This document shows positions 27,141 to 40,273 of a stretch of 64,000 nucleotides of DNA, piece by piece. The stretch comes from Octopus sinensis (Eukaryota), in contig NC_043010.1 of the NCBI RefSeq assembly GCF_006345805.1, forward strand, positions 48,732,001 through 48,796,000. Reading direction: 5' to 3'. The notes beneath the pieces were generated by a model. It was given only the letters and a program-made list of their open reading frames with translations, was not told where the DNA came from and made no database searches. The translations under genes and the position numbers were made by a program. Numbering within the stretch: position 1 is the stretch's first letter; every line of letters starts with the position of its first letter.

Positions 27141-27257
27141 GACCGATAGATTTAAGAAATAATTTTTTTGTAACTAAACAATATCAGAATTCGGACACTG
27201 GTAGAATGTGTCTTATAAAACATCTTTTACACTTAGTATTTTTGAGAAAAGCTTATA

Positions 27258-27649
27258 TTTAGGAAGTTATTTCACGTTAAAGTTGTCGTATTTCAGTAAT
27301 TTCAACCAATCAATGGCGTGTATTCAGTTGAATAAAATTACTGCCGTTGTTTGTCAACAACAACTATCGGCGGTATTTTTCGTTTGTCACTGTTATTTAT
27401 GACATTGTTCGTGCGTTTGTACTAGTTTTAGCTTTAAGCTTTTAGAGCTAGAATTAGGGTTAAGGTTTTAGGGTTAGGGTTAGGGTTTTACGGTTAGGGT
27501 TGTCATAAATAACAGTGACAAACGAAAAATACACCGCCGGAATTCCTTGTTGACAAACAACAGCAGTAATTTTATTCAGCTAAATACACGTCATTGATTG
27601 GTTGAAATTACTGAAATACGACTACTTTAACGTGAAATAACTTCCTAAA
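27258..27649. mobile_element. MITE with ~148-bp TIRs and a central (TTAGGG)n-like tract
   Basis: 27258-27404 is the inverse of 27501-27649. TTAGGG repeats lie at 27454-27501. No clear TSD. Confidence 0.85.
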
Positions 27650-28204
27650 ACTGAATAACAATTTATGACTTCCAAATAACTGCATTAACGGCTCTATCTT
27701 CAGTATACAAAGCCACATCCTCAAAGACTTCCACTCAATACAATTGCAAATTCATCGACCCACATTACAGACACACCCCTTTGAGGTTACGAGACGTTAT
27801 GGCACAGCCGTTTTGGCGCCCACCTATATGGCGTCGTTGATTCAAGAGTTACTTCTTTGAAATCAAACGTGTTAATGTTTCGTTCGTTTAAATATTTCTG
27901 TCGTTCTCTCTCTTCTCTATCTGTCTCTGTCTCTATCTTCGTCTCCCTCTCTCTGTTTATATGTATGAGTATATTTCTATATACGGGTATGAGGACAAGG
28001 AACAGTGTTTGTCAGTCGTGTTCATTCAACAAATTTTAACGTCTTTCTCTCTCTCAGTCTATCTATCTCTATGCGTATATTTCTGAGTGCGACTGCGCAG
28101 GTTTGTCTGCAGCACTGTCGCCTAAACAGGTTGACTGTCCACTTGGACGTGCCAAATTGTCAGTCTCCTAATCGTCTCGTTCCGCCCCATTGAACTTTTA
28201 GCTT

Positions 28205-28582
28205 CTTTTTGTCATTAGACTGCGGCCAAGCTGGGGTACCGCTTTGAAAAGCTTTTAGTCGAATGGATTGACCCCAGTACTTAAATTTGTTGAGCCTGAT
28301 ACATATTATATCGGTGTCTTCTGGCAGAATCGCTAAGTCACGGGGACGTAGCCACACAACACCGGTTGTGAAGCGGTGGGGAGGACAAACACTGACAAAC
28401 ACACACACACACACATATATATATATGACAGGCTAGCTACTTTCAGTTTCTATCTACTAAGTCCACCTACAGGACTTTGGGTGACCGAGAAGTCACTTGC
28501 CTATGTTGCCACGCAGTGGGATTGAACCCGGAACTAAATCGTTGGGAAGCAAACTTCTTGCCATACAGCCACGCCCACGCCT
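28205..28582 (-). mobile_element. SINE family A (diverged)
   Basis: Recognisable head and tail. Confidence 0.8.
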
Positions 28583-29030
28583 TAATCTTTATGCATGTTA
28601 CCAACTCATCTGCTTCGGTAGACAACATAGAATTTCTTGAAATAATGACAGCAGAATTTCCCTTCGGCCATTTCCTTTTCCGACAAAGAACAATAACCGA
28701 AATGTTAGTTTGTTCTTCGATTTTACTACACGAAAACACAATTTCTGTTCTATTTCCAGAGCAATGCCTTCGAGATTGAACACGGACCAAATGACTGATG
28801 TTAAAATGTACTCCAACTATGACCCAATCCCTCTGACCTCTCAGCTGTGACCGTTGTTGCTCAGTTTTATAATCAAAGACGTACGACAAGGTTACAACTC
28901 GCTTAGACTCTATTTCTGTTTCTGTCTCTCTCTTTAACCATCTAATCGCCACCATCTGTTCTTACACATGCTTATTCAAACTCGCAAAATAATCAATACC
29001 AATAAATCATATATACTTATACATACGTGT

Positions 29031-29106
<76 letters not shown>

Positions 29107-29356
29107 TATGTGCATGTGTGCACATATGTGTACATACACATGCATACATATATGTGTGTGTGTGTACATATATGTACAGATATATACGTTAAACTAATAC
29201 AACTGTTTGTTGTTTACACACCTGTCTTCGTCTTTTGTTTTTTGTTTTTGTAAATTCCAACTATAATATAGATGCACGTGTTTATCTGAAAATATACATA
29301 CATGCATACACACACACACACATATAATACATACACACACACACATATATATACAT

Positions 29357-29421
<65 letters not shown>

Positions 29422-29435
<14 letters not shown>

Positions 29436-29570
29436 AATCCAAACATGAACAAGCAAGAAAAAACAACAACGCGAGGACGTGGATTAAGTACAGTGTTATT
29501 GGACACTTCGCTTTTCGAGCGGAGCTCTTCATCAGAAATATAGAAAATGTACAAAGAAGGGAAGTCGGAG
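29422..29570 (-). mobile_element. Penelope-like terminal fragment with truncated hammerhead core
   Basis: Minus strand reads CTGATGA-A-GAGC tcc GCTC-GAAA at 29514-29536. The fragment starts at a (TA)n tract. The same family recurs at 50290-50364, truncated just after CTGATGAA. Confidence 0.55.
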
Positions 29571-29853
29571 AAAGAAAATCGCCACCTATTTAAATGCAAA
29601 TCTATAAATATATATATAAATACCTATTTATCTACTCACACACACACACACACAGTCTGTACCTGCACTGCTCAGTACAACTGCAAAATCCTCAGTCCTC
29701 ATAGATATTGTCTTAACCATTTCACTAGATAACTCAGAGCAGCTGATATATATTTTTCAAAACTTAGACTGGTGCCTCATCGATTTGTAGGTTCAAATTC
29801 TACCCCAAAATTATTAGCTGTTATGCAATACATTGAAAACAAATCATTTATAT

Positions 29854-30192
29854 CAGGCGTTCTCAACCATTTTTTTATCTATTAACCCCTGTGATTACTT
29901 TTTTTATTGTGGTGGACCCACATAGCCATTCGATATATAAAAACTAGTTTTACAGAAACTTCTTTCAAAATTCCAATTTTGTTTTTCTCATATTAACTTG
30001 TGTATGCTGAACCATGTAAAACGTTTGAGAAAAAAACCTATCTGTTTCTGGCAATACATACATCTAAAGCAAAATTTTTCAGGGGCCCTCGAAATACTAT
30101 TGTAGATCCCCAATTTACTATTTGTTGCGTGAAACCCCCAGAATCTTATATGGACCCTCAGGGGTCATGTGGACCCCGGTTGAGAACCACTG
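29854..30192. mobile_element. hAT-type MITE
   Basis: TIRs CAGGCGTTCTCAACC / GGTTGAGAACCACTG with an 8-bp TSD ATTTATAT / ATCTATAT. A partial related copy is at ~34847-34938. Confidence 0.85.
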
Positions 30193-30254
30193 ATCTATAT
30201 GCGACACACACGTAGACATAAGTTTAGTTTGAATGATTAATTGTATACTCTGTT

Positions 30255-30662
30255 ACACTTTTACTTGTTTCAGTCATTTGACTGTGACCATGCTGGAGCA
30301 CCGCCTTTAGTCGAGCAAATCGACCCCAGGACTTATTCTTTGTAAGCCTAGTACTTATTCTATCGGTCTCTTTTGCCGAACCGCTAAGTTACGGGGACGT
30401 AAACACACCAGCATCGGTTGTCAAGCGATGTTGGGGCGACAAACACAGACACACAAACATATACAAACACATACATACATACATACACATATATACGACG
30501 GGCTTCTTTCAGTTTCCGTCTACCAAATCCACTCACTCACAAGGCTTTGGTCGACCCGAGGCTATAGTAAAAGACACTTGCCCAAGGTGCCATGCAGTGG
30601 GACTGAACCCGGAACCATGTGGTTGGTAAGGAAGATTCTTACCACACAGCCACTCCTACACC
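30255..30662 (-). mobile_element. SINE family A
   Basis: Near-consensus copy. Further copies are at 32325-32690 and 35968-36218 (-). Confidence 0.9.
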
Positions 30663-31261
30663 TATATGTATGTTCATTTCTAAAACCGATGTCCTTCTAA
30701 TACTACAGGATCCTATCTTCTGGATCAGGCCAACGCTAATTGCTTCATGTGAGAGTGCATGGTCTGAGGTCAACGTCATACGGACGGAGGTTAATGCTTG
30801 TTAGGATCTACCGAGTTTGCTCAATATTTACATACGTTGTAGCGTACGTTTAAGCATGCATAAATTTTTGACTCACTTCCCTCTCCCCAGACATCATCTC
30901 CCTCGTTAAAGTAGTTCTAATCCATAAACTTAACCGGCCAATCTGCTCCTTAATGAACTCTAATCAATATTCATACGCGTTTTTCAAGTGCTGCTACTTA
31001 TAAAATATGGCGAAATCTTATTGACAAAGTTGCTCCATACGGAATCTATTTTACTATATTTCATTGTACTTCATTAAATTTTTTTTTTCCTTTTTTTACA
31101 TATTTAATCCATAAATCTTAGCTTTGGGCATCTGGTTATGATAGTTCTGGTGGATTTAACAGCTGTTTGGTTTTCCTTGTTCACCGCAACTACACAATAA
31201 CTTGGTAACTGAGAAAACAAGCTTACTGTTCTCTCTCTCTCTCCTTTCTGTCTCCCTCTCG

Positions 31262-31760
31262 TCCTCTTCTTCAGCTTCTTCTTCTCCTTCTTCTTCTTCT
31301 TCATCAGCTTCTTCTTCTTCTTCTTCTTCTTCTTCTTCTTCTTCTTCTTCTTCTTCTTCCGCCTCCTCCTCCTCCTCCTCCTCAGCTTCTTCTTCTTCTT
31401 CTTCAGCTTCTTCTTTAGCTTCTTCTTCAGCTTCTTCTTTAGCTTCTTCTTCAGCTTCTTCTTTAGCTTCTTCTTCAGCTTCTCCTTCTTCAGCTTCTCC
31501 TTCTTCAGCTTCTTCTTCTTCTTCTTCTTCTTCTTCTTCTTCTTCCTCCTCCTCCTCCTCTCCTCCTCAGCTTCTTCTTCTTTTCTTCTTCTTCTTCTTC
31601 CTCAGCTTCTTCTTCTTCTTCTTCTTCTTCTTCTTTCTCCTCAGCTTCTTTTTTCTCCTCAGCTTCTTCTTCTTCTTCTTCTTCTTCTTCTTCTTCTTCT
31701 TCTTCTTCTTCTTTTCTCTATTTCTCTCAGTTTTTTTCTTTCTTTTCCTCCTCTATCTCA
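31262..31760. repeat. Long (CTT/CCT)n polypyrimidine tract with AGC interruptions
   Basis: About 500 bp almost free of purines on the + strand, including a 24-nt higher-order unit. Confidence 0.95.
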
Positions 31761-32781
31761 CAATGCCTCTCTTTCTCCCTTTTATATTCCCTACATCCCT
31801 TGCTAACACGTATATCCTATAATCTATAAAAGTGTTTACAAGATAATAAAACAAATCTGAAGGGGAAAAAATATCTCCGTAAAAATTAAATACAGAAAAG
31901 AACGGTGGATTACCTTTATTTCATCCAATCATGGGCTTTACTATTCACAAAATTTGAACGGTGCGTACGTGCGCGCATTTTTAAGTATATGTATATGTGT
32001 GTTTGTGTGTGTGAGTATATATATATATGTGTATGTATATGCATATACACACACTCAAACATACATACATACATGCATACCATACATACATATACATACG
32101 TGTGTGCGTGTGTGTGTGTATGAGTGGTGTATCGATGTATTGCTGCGTACGTGTGTTTATACATGTATCTGCCTGTATGTGTGTGTAAATATATATATAT
32201 ATATACACATACATATTTATGCATGTATGTATGCGTATATGTATATATGTATGTGCGTGTGTGTGTATGTATGCATATATATATATATATATATATGTAT
32301 ATGTATATTCTTCTATTCTTTTAATTTCTTTTACTTGTTTCAGTCATTTGACTGCCGCCATGCTGGAGCACCGCCTTTAGTCGAATCAAATCGACCCCAG
32401 GACTTTGTAAGCCTAGTACTTATTCTATCGGTCTTTTGGCCGAACCGCTAGTTTACGGAGACCTGAACACACCAACATCGGTTGTCAAGCGATGTTGAGG
32501 AGACAAACACAAATACACATATACGCACACACACATATATATATGCATATATACGACGGGCTTCTTTCAGTTTCCGTCTACCAAATCCATTTGCAAGGCC
32601 TTAGTCGGCCCAAGGCCAAGGTGCCACGCAATGGGAGTGAACCCGGGACCATGTGGTTGGTAAGCAAGCTACTTACGACACAGCCACTCATATATATATA
32701 TATATATATAGATAGATAGATCGATCTAGACATATTTATATATAAATATATATGTGTATATATGTGTGTATGTGTGTGTAT

Positions 32782-32816
<35 letters not shown>

Positions 32817-33074
32817 AGGTGCGTAAGGATGCTTTTACGTGGGTGTGCTCCTACACATTTGAACAAAGACAACAGCGAATCTCTGAAAAACGTCATTAAA
32901 ACGGTACTCATCTCAGTATATCTATATCCTGTTTGTTTTACAACTATCTGACCAGATATAGAGCATACATAATAATCAGCGAAACGAGTTAACGCATAAT
33001 GGATTAGCCTCTGATTCTGGTGTATAGAAAGTGGAAAAGACAGACGGATAAACACGCACACACGTACACACACA

Positions 33075-33136
<62 letters not shown>

Positions 33137-33369
33137 GAATGACTGGTAGACAGACAGACTGACTGGTTGATAGACTGACAAACAGATAGACATAGGCAGA
33201 CAGACAAATAAAGTGTGGGAGAAGTGATCGATTAGATGCACAGAGAGAGAGAGAGAGAGAGAGAAAGAGGAGAGGGAGAGAGAGATGTATATCTCTTTAC
33301 CTTGATTACTCAATGAACTGCGGCAATGCTGGGGCACCGCTTTGAAAGCTTTAAATGAATTGCGCCTAG

Positions 33370-33413
<44 letters not shown>

Positions 33414-33441
33414 ATTATTATATATATATATATATATATAG

Positions 33442-33516
<75 letters not shown>

Positions 33517-34104
33517 TGTATGTGTGTATGCGTGTATGTATGTATGTATGTATGTATGTATGTATGTATGTATGTATGTATGCATGTACATCTCAAATTA
33601 TTGTTTTCACCGCCTACAGCGAGATCAGGTGTGAATATTTGCATTTTTACTTTGAACACGTCTAGACACGTTCAGACGCATATTTATGCTGGGCGACGTC
33701 TTAGATTATTCTCCTACATATACGACCGGCATTTTTCAGTTTTCGACAACCAAATTCACCCACAAGTCTTTGAGCAGTCCGGGGCTATTAAGAAACGACA
33801 CTTAACCAAGGTGCTGTGCAGTGGGACTGAACCCAAGATTACATGACTGAGAAGTGAGATTTTTAATCGCAACACCTACGCTTGGGCCTTGTGTATATTT
33901 TCAAAACGTGCGTGTGTAAAGAATGTAGGATATATCAAAGAACATGACATATTTCACCTCTATAATCAGTTTAAATAAATCGATTTACAACACTTGGTAT
34001 TTCAGTGCAAGTAATTGAACTGATGCTTATCTCTTATTTCTAAGTTTATTGCTGGTTTCTGATCATATGAAAGACATTTCCTGATAAAAGCTTTAATTTA
34101 TCAG

Positions 34105-34171
34105 AGGTATCTTCGTCAGAGCGCTGGTCCCTCTTCACGAAAACTAGATGAACTGTGGTACGGAGAAAAAA
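34105..34171 (+). CDS. Candidate internal exon (RYLRQSAGPSSRKLDELWYGEK), unknown gene
   Basis: TTTATCAG acceptor and GTATGT donor. Only one plus-strand frame is open, and it is phase-compatible with 24904-24944. The protein is not recognised. Confidence 0.25.
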
Positions 34172-34356
34172 GTATGTGCAGAAAGTTTTTAATAAGAACA
34201 CATGGGTCCTCTGTCGATTTTGACCATGAGTTCTATTATACTTAGAAGTGGTTGAGTATTTCATGGGAGCTTATACCCGTAAGATTATCAGGCAAAATCA
34301 GCGCGAGGCAATGTGTTAAGACTGGTGCCTTGAGTTTAAAAAGTGTTGTTTATCAT

Positions 34357-34768
34357 AGGCGTAGGAGTGGCTGTGTGGTAAGTAGCTTGCTTACCAACCA
34401 CATGGTTCCAGGTTCAGTCCCGCTGCGTGGCACCTTGGGCAAGTGTCTTCTACTATAGTCTCGGACCGACCAAAGCCTTGTGAGTGGATTTGGTAGACGG
34501 AAACTGAAAGAAGTCTGTCGTATATATGTATATATATATGTATTTATGTGTATATGTGTGCATGTTTGTGTGTCTGTGTTTGTCCCCCCAACATCGCTTG
34601 AGAACCGATGCTGGTGTGTTTACATCCCTGTAACTTAACGGTTCGGCAAAAGGGACCGATAGAATAAGTACTAGGGATTACAAAGAATAAGTCCTGGGGT
34701 CGATTTGCTCGACTAAATGCGGTGCTCCAGCATGGCCACAGTCAAATGACTGAAACAAGTAAAAGAGT
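34357..34768 (+). mobile_element. tRNA-derived SINE family A, near full length
   Basis: Head AGGCGTAGGAGTGGCTGTGTGGTAAG..GGTTCAGTCCC, a central TA/TG microsatellite, and tail ..GACTGAAACAAGTAAAAGAG. Confidence 0.9.
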
Positions 34769-34939
34769 TATCTAACGGGCTTCCGCACGGTTTTGGGTTA
34801 TTGTTGGATTATGATATAAACAACTTAATATTCCACTAATTAAAGCAGTAGTTCTCAACCATCATTTTTATCTTTTGACTCCTTTGATTCCTATTTTATT
34901 CCGTGCCTCATCCCCCATAGCAACTTGATGTTTAATAAC

Positions 34940-35950
34940 TACGAGGTCTGTCTGAAAAGTAACGAAACTGAGTGTGCTGTGTGAGCTATGGGCGAAAGAG
35001 GGATACGCGGATTGTGTTATGATGTAACATGATTATCTTGGGAGTATATAAACTATCATCTTAACTTTCTGCAACTATTGCATACCTTTTCACATGCTTT
35101 CGTTTACACCTCTTTTTCAGGTCGTTCAGCTATGAGTACTGAGGAACGAAAGACGAACACCGAGCAACTAAAAAAAACCTGAAACTTTTGGTTCTTTGGG
35201 GAGAAACTCTGTCACAAGCACTTAAAATGCTTTAGCAAGTGTATGAAGATAACACCATTTCACGCACACGTGCTTTTCAGTGGCACAAGAGGTTCGAAGA
35301 GGAGCGTGAGGAAGTGGAAGATGACTCCAGGAGCAGGAGGCTTCAATAAGCTGGACTAAGGTCAATGTCGAGCTGGTAAGGCAAGTAGGTGGTGCTTCGC
35401 GATCGTCGGTTGACTGTTTGAATGATCGCAGTTCAGTTGGACATAAATAGGACAGTATTTAGAAGATTATCACTGAAGATTTGGACATGCGGAAAGTCTG
35501 CGCAAAAATGGTTACCAAAGCTGCTAATGATCAGAAAGAGCGCCGCATTCATGAGTGTCAGGATATCATCGAATGTCTTCAAACTGAACCGGACTTGCTT
35601 CGAAGGGTTGACCCGGAAGCCACGCGTCAGAGCTGTCAGTGGAATTCTCTGACGTCGCCAAGGCTGAAGAAAGTAAGACAGTCAGTCAAAAGTCAGATTC
35701 ATGTTGACCACGTTCTTCGAAGTGAGAGGCATTGTCCTACGGTGAGCGCTCACCACAGGGCCAGAAAATCAATCAGCAAGCTTACAATGTGATCCTGCGG
35801 CGTTTTACTTCGCTCAGTGCGCGAGAAGAGACGAAAGTTGTAGCAAGACAAATCGTAGCTGCTTCACCCTGACGGCGCACTTGCTCTTAGCGCCCTGAGC
35901 AACCGGCAGTTCCTGGCTGAGAAGAACATTGCCGTATGGAACAACCTCCC
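34940..35950 (+). mobile_element. Decayed mariner (Tc1/mariner) transposon
   Basis: Left end TACGAGGTCTGTCTGAAAAGT. Transposase remnants from the ATG at 35132 include QVYEDNTISRTRAFQWHKRFEE, MRKVCAKMV and QFLAEKNIAV.EQPPYS. The right end is lost at a SINE. Confidence 0.9.
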
Positions 35951-36058
35951 TATTCACTTATCTCGCTGTCTTTTACTCTCTTACTTGTTTCAGTCATTTG
36001 ACTGTGGCCATGCTGGAACAAACACAGACACACAAACATATACACATACATACATACA

Positions 36059-36089
<31 letters not shown>

Positions 36090-38239
36090 CAAATCCACTC
36101 ACAAGGCTTTGGTCGGCCCAAGTAGAAGCCACTTGCCCAAGATGCCACGCAGTGGAACTGAACCCGGAACCATGTAGTTCGTAAGCAAACTACTTACCAC
36201 ACAGCCACTCCTACGCCTGTGTAAGAGTGTGTGTCAGAGTGTGTATGTGTGTTGTGCATGTGTGTGAATGAGTGTGCCTGTGAATATGTTTGTGCGTGCG
36301 TGCATGTGTGCGTGCGTGTGTGTGTGTGTGTGTGTGTGTGTTTGTGAGTGTGAATGTGAATATGTGTGTGTATGTGTGTTCTGATGCAACGTGGATTGTT
36401 TGTGTATTACCACCTCTTTAGTTTTTTCCTTTTTCCCTTTTTTTAAATATTTTTCCTGTTCATCTGAAATTCTCTGCTGCTTGTTGTTTTCCCCCCCTAA
36501 ATATCCTTCCGTACGTTCCATAGTTTTACGCTATTTATTTGACCATAACTACAGTGACTGATTATTCGCCAGATTGCGGAGATGATTCTGTGATGTTTAA
36601 CTGCGAAGTTTAATTTGGTGGGAAGAAGACTTTTATAAGCTCGAAACACTCTCTGCTCATAGCTTTGTTTTTATTTTCGCCTTCATTTAATAACAAACCG
36701 AGAGTAAAAGGTAAATCTAATGTTTTATCGAATTTATACCGTATGTCATCTATGCGAAAGATTTACTTTTATCATTTTCTATATTTTATTGCATTTAAAG
36801 CAGAACTGATTTTTTTCTTCTCGTTGCCGCTTCATATTGATTGGCTGATCAACTTCTGCCTCTTTTCCTTGATCATGTATTTGTTGTGGTTGCTGTTGTT
36901 GTGGTTGTTGTGATTAATGTTGTTGCTGTCTTTCTTCTTCGCCTTCTAATCAGGACTCACGCCATTAGCCACAAAGAATAATCTCTAATTCGAGCCTACT
37001 CTAAGCTACTAAGAATGTGTGTGTCAACTTGAATATCCACCCACCACACGCGATAGACTGGCGGTTGCACGGGCGCCAAAGCTACGTTGTTATCCTCATT
37101 CCGTAAACGGTGGCTTTTTTAACGGGTGGGTAGCTGAACCATCCTGGGGTACAGAGGATTCGCAATCTAGACTAGGGTCTGAAAATTTACCACACCATAG
37201 TGGGTTACACCATGGTTCCTCTGCTTTGTGGTAGAAGTAGGAAGAAAGAGTGAAAGAAAGTTGTGGTGAAAGAGTACAGCGGGGTTCACCATCCCTCCCC
37301 ACCGGAGCCTCGTGGTGGTAATCGAAACCGCGTTCTTACGACCGCGAGTCCGCTGCCTTAACTACTGGGCCATTGCGCCACCACTGTTGTTGTTGTTGTT
37401 GCTTTGAGGCATTCATTCTGGCTCTTTACATTCTAGGTTCAAATCCACTGTTCTTAACTTTGCTTTTCATCCCTTCAAGGTCGACAAAATAAGGCAACTG
37501 TCAAGTTCTCAGATGAATGGTTTCGGCCAATCCCTCTCTCTGCTGGCGCTGCAGTACAAATATACGAAGCCCAATATACCCATCATGACTACCCGTCTCA
37601 TGCGGGCACACCAGACACATGCATCACAACCATATATGCGTGACATAGTAAAATCTTATCAAGATAAACGGAGCATGACCCTTCAGATAGAGCCCAGTTA
37701 GAATTTTCTTCAGGTCGAGCAGCCCATCCCACTCAAAAGGTCCCTGAATAAGATTTGTTTAATAATTATGAGCGAAACACCCATGTTTCCAGAGGTGAAT
37801 TTCTCAAGCCCCAAATAGCACGTGGCTATAATGCTACCCCACTACTTCTGCTCGTGATCAGATATTCACATATTGTCAGCCACTAAGGGACATGCTGAAC
37901 TGGTCAAACTGGTTAAGGTTAAGTAAATCTGTGATATAGAGCAGAATCTTTGCTTCAGCCCATGATATTATTATTATTATTATCACTATTGTTATTAAGG
38001 CGGCATGGTGACAGAATTATTACCGTACGGACAAAATACTTAACTACATTTCTTCCGTATTTATGCTCTGAATTCAAATGCGGCCAAAGTCGACTAAGCC
38101 TTTTATGCCTCCGGGGTCGATAAAATAAGTACAAGTTGCGCAAGGTAGTCGTTGTAATCGATTATAGCCCTCCCCACAAATTCCAGGACTTGAGCCTATA
38201 GTTGAAAGAATTATTATTGTCGTTGTTGTTCTGCTTTAG

Positions 38240-39250
38240 AAATTTATAGAGGATTAGTGGCGGGGAAGTGCGACGACGTTCTTGGGGAAACTTTGGGCGC
38301 CGACGAGAACGAACTGTTCCGGAGGACTTTCCGGTCGGGAACTATCGTGGATAATTTCCAGATGTCTTTGGTTTGGCAGTGCTACTGGGGTGCGCTACCG
38401 GTTCGACACAAGCTCTGCAGGCACAGATGCGCTGTCAGACGCGACGTGGAAACAAAACCACGAACAAATTTTTGACGGATCAGGACGGGCGCGGACTACT
38501 CGGCTCTGAGCAGATGTGTGCAGCTTTGCAGCAGCACTTTGCGTGACTGTTTGGAGACGGTGATAGGTCAGCGATGGTAGCGGACTATACTTCGTACCTG
38601 GACGGGATTCTACGAAATGCCGATTACAGTCACAGAAAAACGGGAGGCGATGAGCGATTGCACGAGTTGCAAATCACCTGGTTTGGATAGTCTGTAGTAC
38701 GAATTCTATTGTATTCATGCCAGATTTGTTTGGCAGCCTCTAGGCAGTCATCTACAGTAACTGGCAGCAGAATGAGAGAATTCCTAGTGCTGTTAGCTGG
38801 AGTGTGGTAACGCTGCTGAGAAAGGATGCCGACAATGGGGACGTGCTAGGGAATTTTCGCCGCATAGCTCTGCTAAACACAAAGTTTAAGATTCTCACCA
38901 AAGTGTTAGCGAAAATTTGGCGCTTGTCGTCAGTAGTCTGGTCGGGGAGGTGCAAACGTATACAATCCCGAGCAGGTATATTCACGACAACCTCCACCTT
39001 GTGCTATACATTGTAGAGAGGTCGAGGATTAAAGCTGGCTTCGGTAGGGCCCTAATCAATTTAGATCAGCCGAAAGCTTTCGATTGGGCCGATCATCCCT
39101 ACTTGGAAGACATCCTTAAAGTGGACGATTTTGGACCCGTTTTCAGAAGCTGGATTGCTGCAATGCATTGCGGCACCTGCTCGGGGGTCAACGTAAATGG
39201 CCACCTACCGGAATTGTTTAGTATCACACGTTCGGTCCGTCAACAGGAGA
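38240..39250 (+). mobile_element. L1/Tx1-like LINE fragments (RT plus C-terminal piece)
   Basis: Peptides NFRRIALLNTKFKILTKVLA, LINLDQPKAFD and NVNGHLPELFSITRSVRQ are present. LVWQCYWGALPVRHKL at ~38365-38415 resembles the C-terminal region. Confidence 0.85.
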
Positions 39251-39343
39251 ATTTCATGTTTACACATTCAACCAATAAAATATCTATTGCAATCGCATCG
39301 CGCTCTTCGTATTGTCTATTATTATTGTTGTTGTTGTTATTAT

Positions 39344-39375
<32 letters not shown>

Positions 39376-39384
39376 CTGTTGAGT

Positions 39385-40005
39385 GAGAATGTAGCGCATA
39401 CCATCAAAGTGATACTGGGGTACGATTATACGAAGTCCAATATATACATTATGACTACCCATCTGATAAGGGTACATCAGGCACATGCATCACAACCGCA
39501 TGTGCGCGACATGGTGATCTTATATCAAGATATACAGCACATGATCTTGCAAGTGGGGCCCAGTTAGAATTTTCTTCAGGTTGAGTAGCCCATCTTGCTC
39601 AAAAGATCCCTGAATAAGGTTTGTTTAAGGATGATGAAAGAAACACCCATGTTTCCAGAGGTGAATTATTGAAACCCCAAAGAATTCCTCTCAACACATG
39701 GCTATGATGCTCCGCCACTACTTCTGCTCGTGACCAGAGATGCACTTATCGTCAGCCACTAAGGGATATGCTCAACTGGTTACGGTCAAACAACTGACAA
39801 GCAAATCTGTGGTATTGAGCAGAATATTTGCTGTAGCCCATCTTTTATACCAAGACAAAACAATGTACATGATAACACTTCCAATCAGTTAAGATCAGAA
39901 ACCATGAGAGCCGCTGTCTGATACTGCATCAGGGCATTGAGAGCCACTGCCTGGTACTACATCAGAGCATTAAGAACCACTGCCTGGTATTGCATCGGGG
40001 CATTG
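39385..40005. repeat. Unclassified interspersed repeat (second partial copy at ~37540-37920) ending in 3x33-bp tandem
   Basis: Long shared blocks, e.g. CCCAGTTAGAATTTTCTTCAGGT and ACACCCATGTTTCCAGAGGTGAATT. Tandem units start at 39907, 39940 and 39973. Confidence 0.75.
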
Positions 40006-40012
40006 GAGGTCC

Positions 40013-40230
40013 AAGGCGGCGAGCTGGTAGAATCGTTAGCACGCTGGACGAAATGTTTAATGGCATTTCGCACGTCGCTACATTCTGAGTTCAAATTCCG
40101 TCGAGGTCGACTTTGCCTTTCATCCTTTCGGAGTCGATAAAATAAGTACCAGTTGAGCACTAGGGTCGATCTAATCGACTGCCCTCCTTCCCCCCAAATT
40201 TCAGGCCTTCTGCCAATGGTAGAAAGGATT
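40013..40230 (+). mobile_element. SINE family B copy
   Basis: Head AAGGCGGCGAGCTGG plus conserved core. Other copies are at ~37995-38210, 41505-41860, 45645-45760, 53090-53290 and 58690-58880. Confidence 0.85.
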
Positions 40231-40240
40231 ATTATTATTA

Positions 40241-40273
<33 letters not shown>

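Noticed and set aside
28598-28870. Overlapping ORFs and a candidate terminal exon (AMPSRLNTDQMTDVKMYSNYDPIPLTSQL*)
   Set aside because: Plausible readings exist on both strands, none is recognisable, and there is no independent support.
38917-39567. 216-aa ORF as a real gene
   Set aside because: It is a chance in-frame run from a Tx1 RT fragment through a (TTG)n tract into another repeat.
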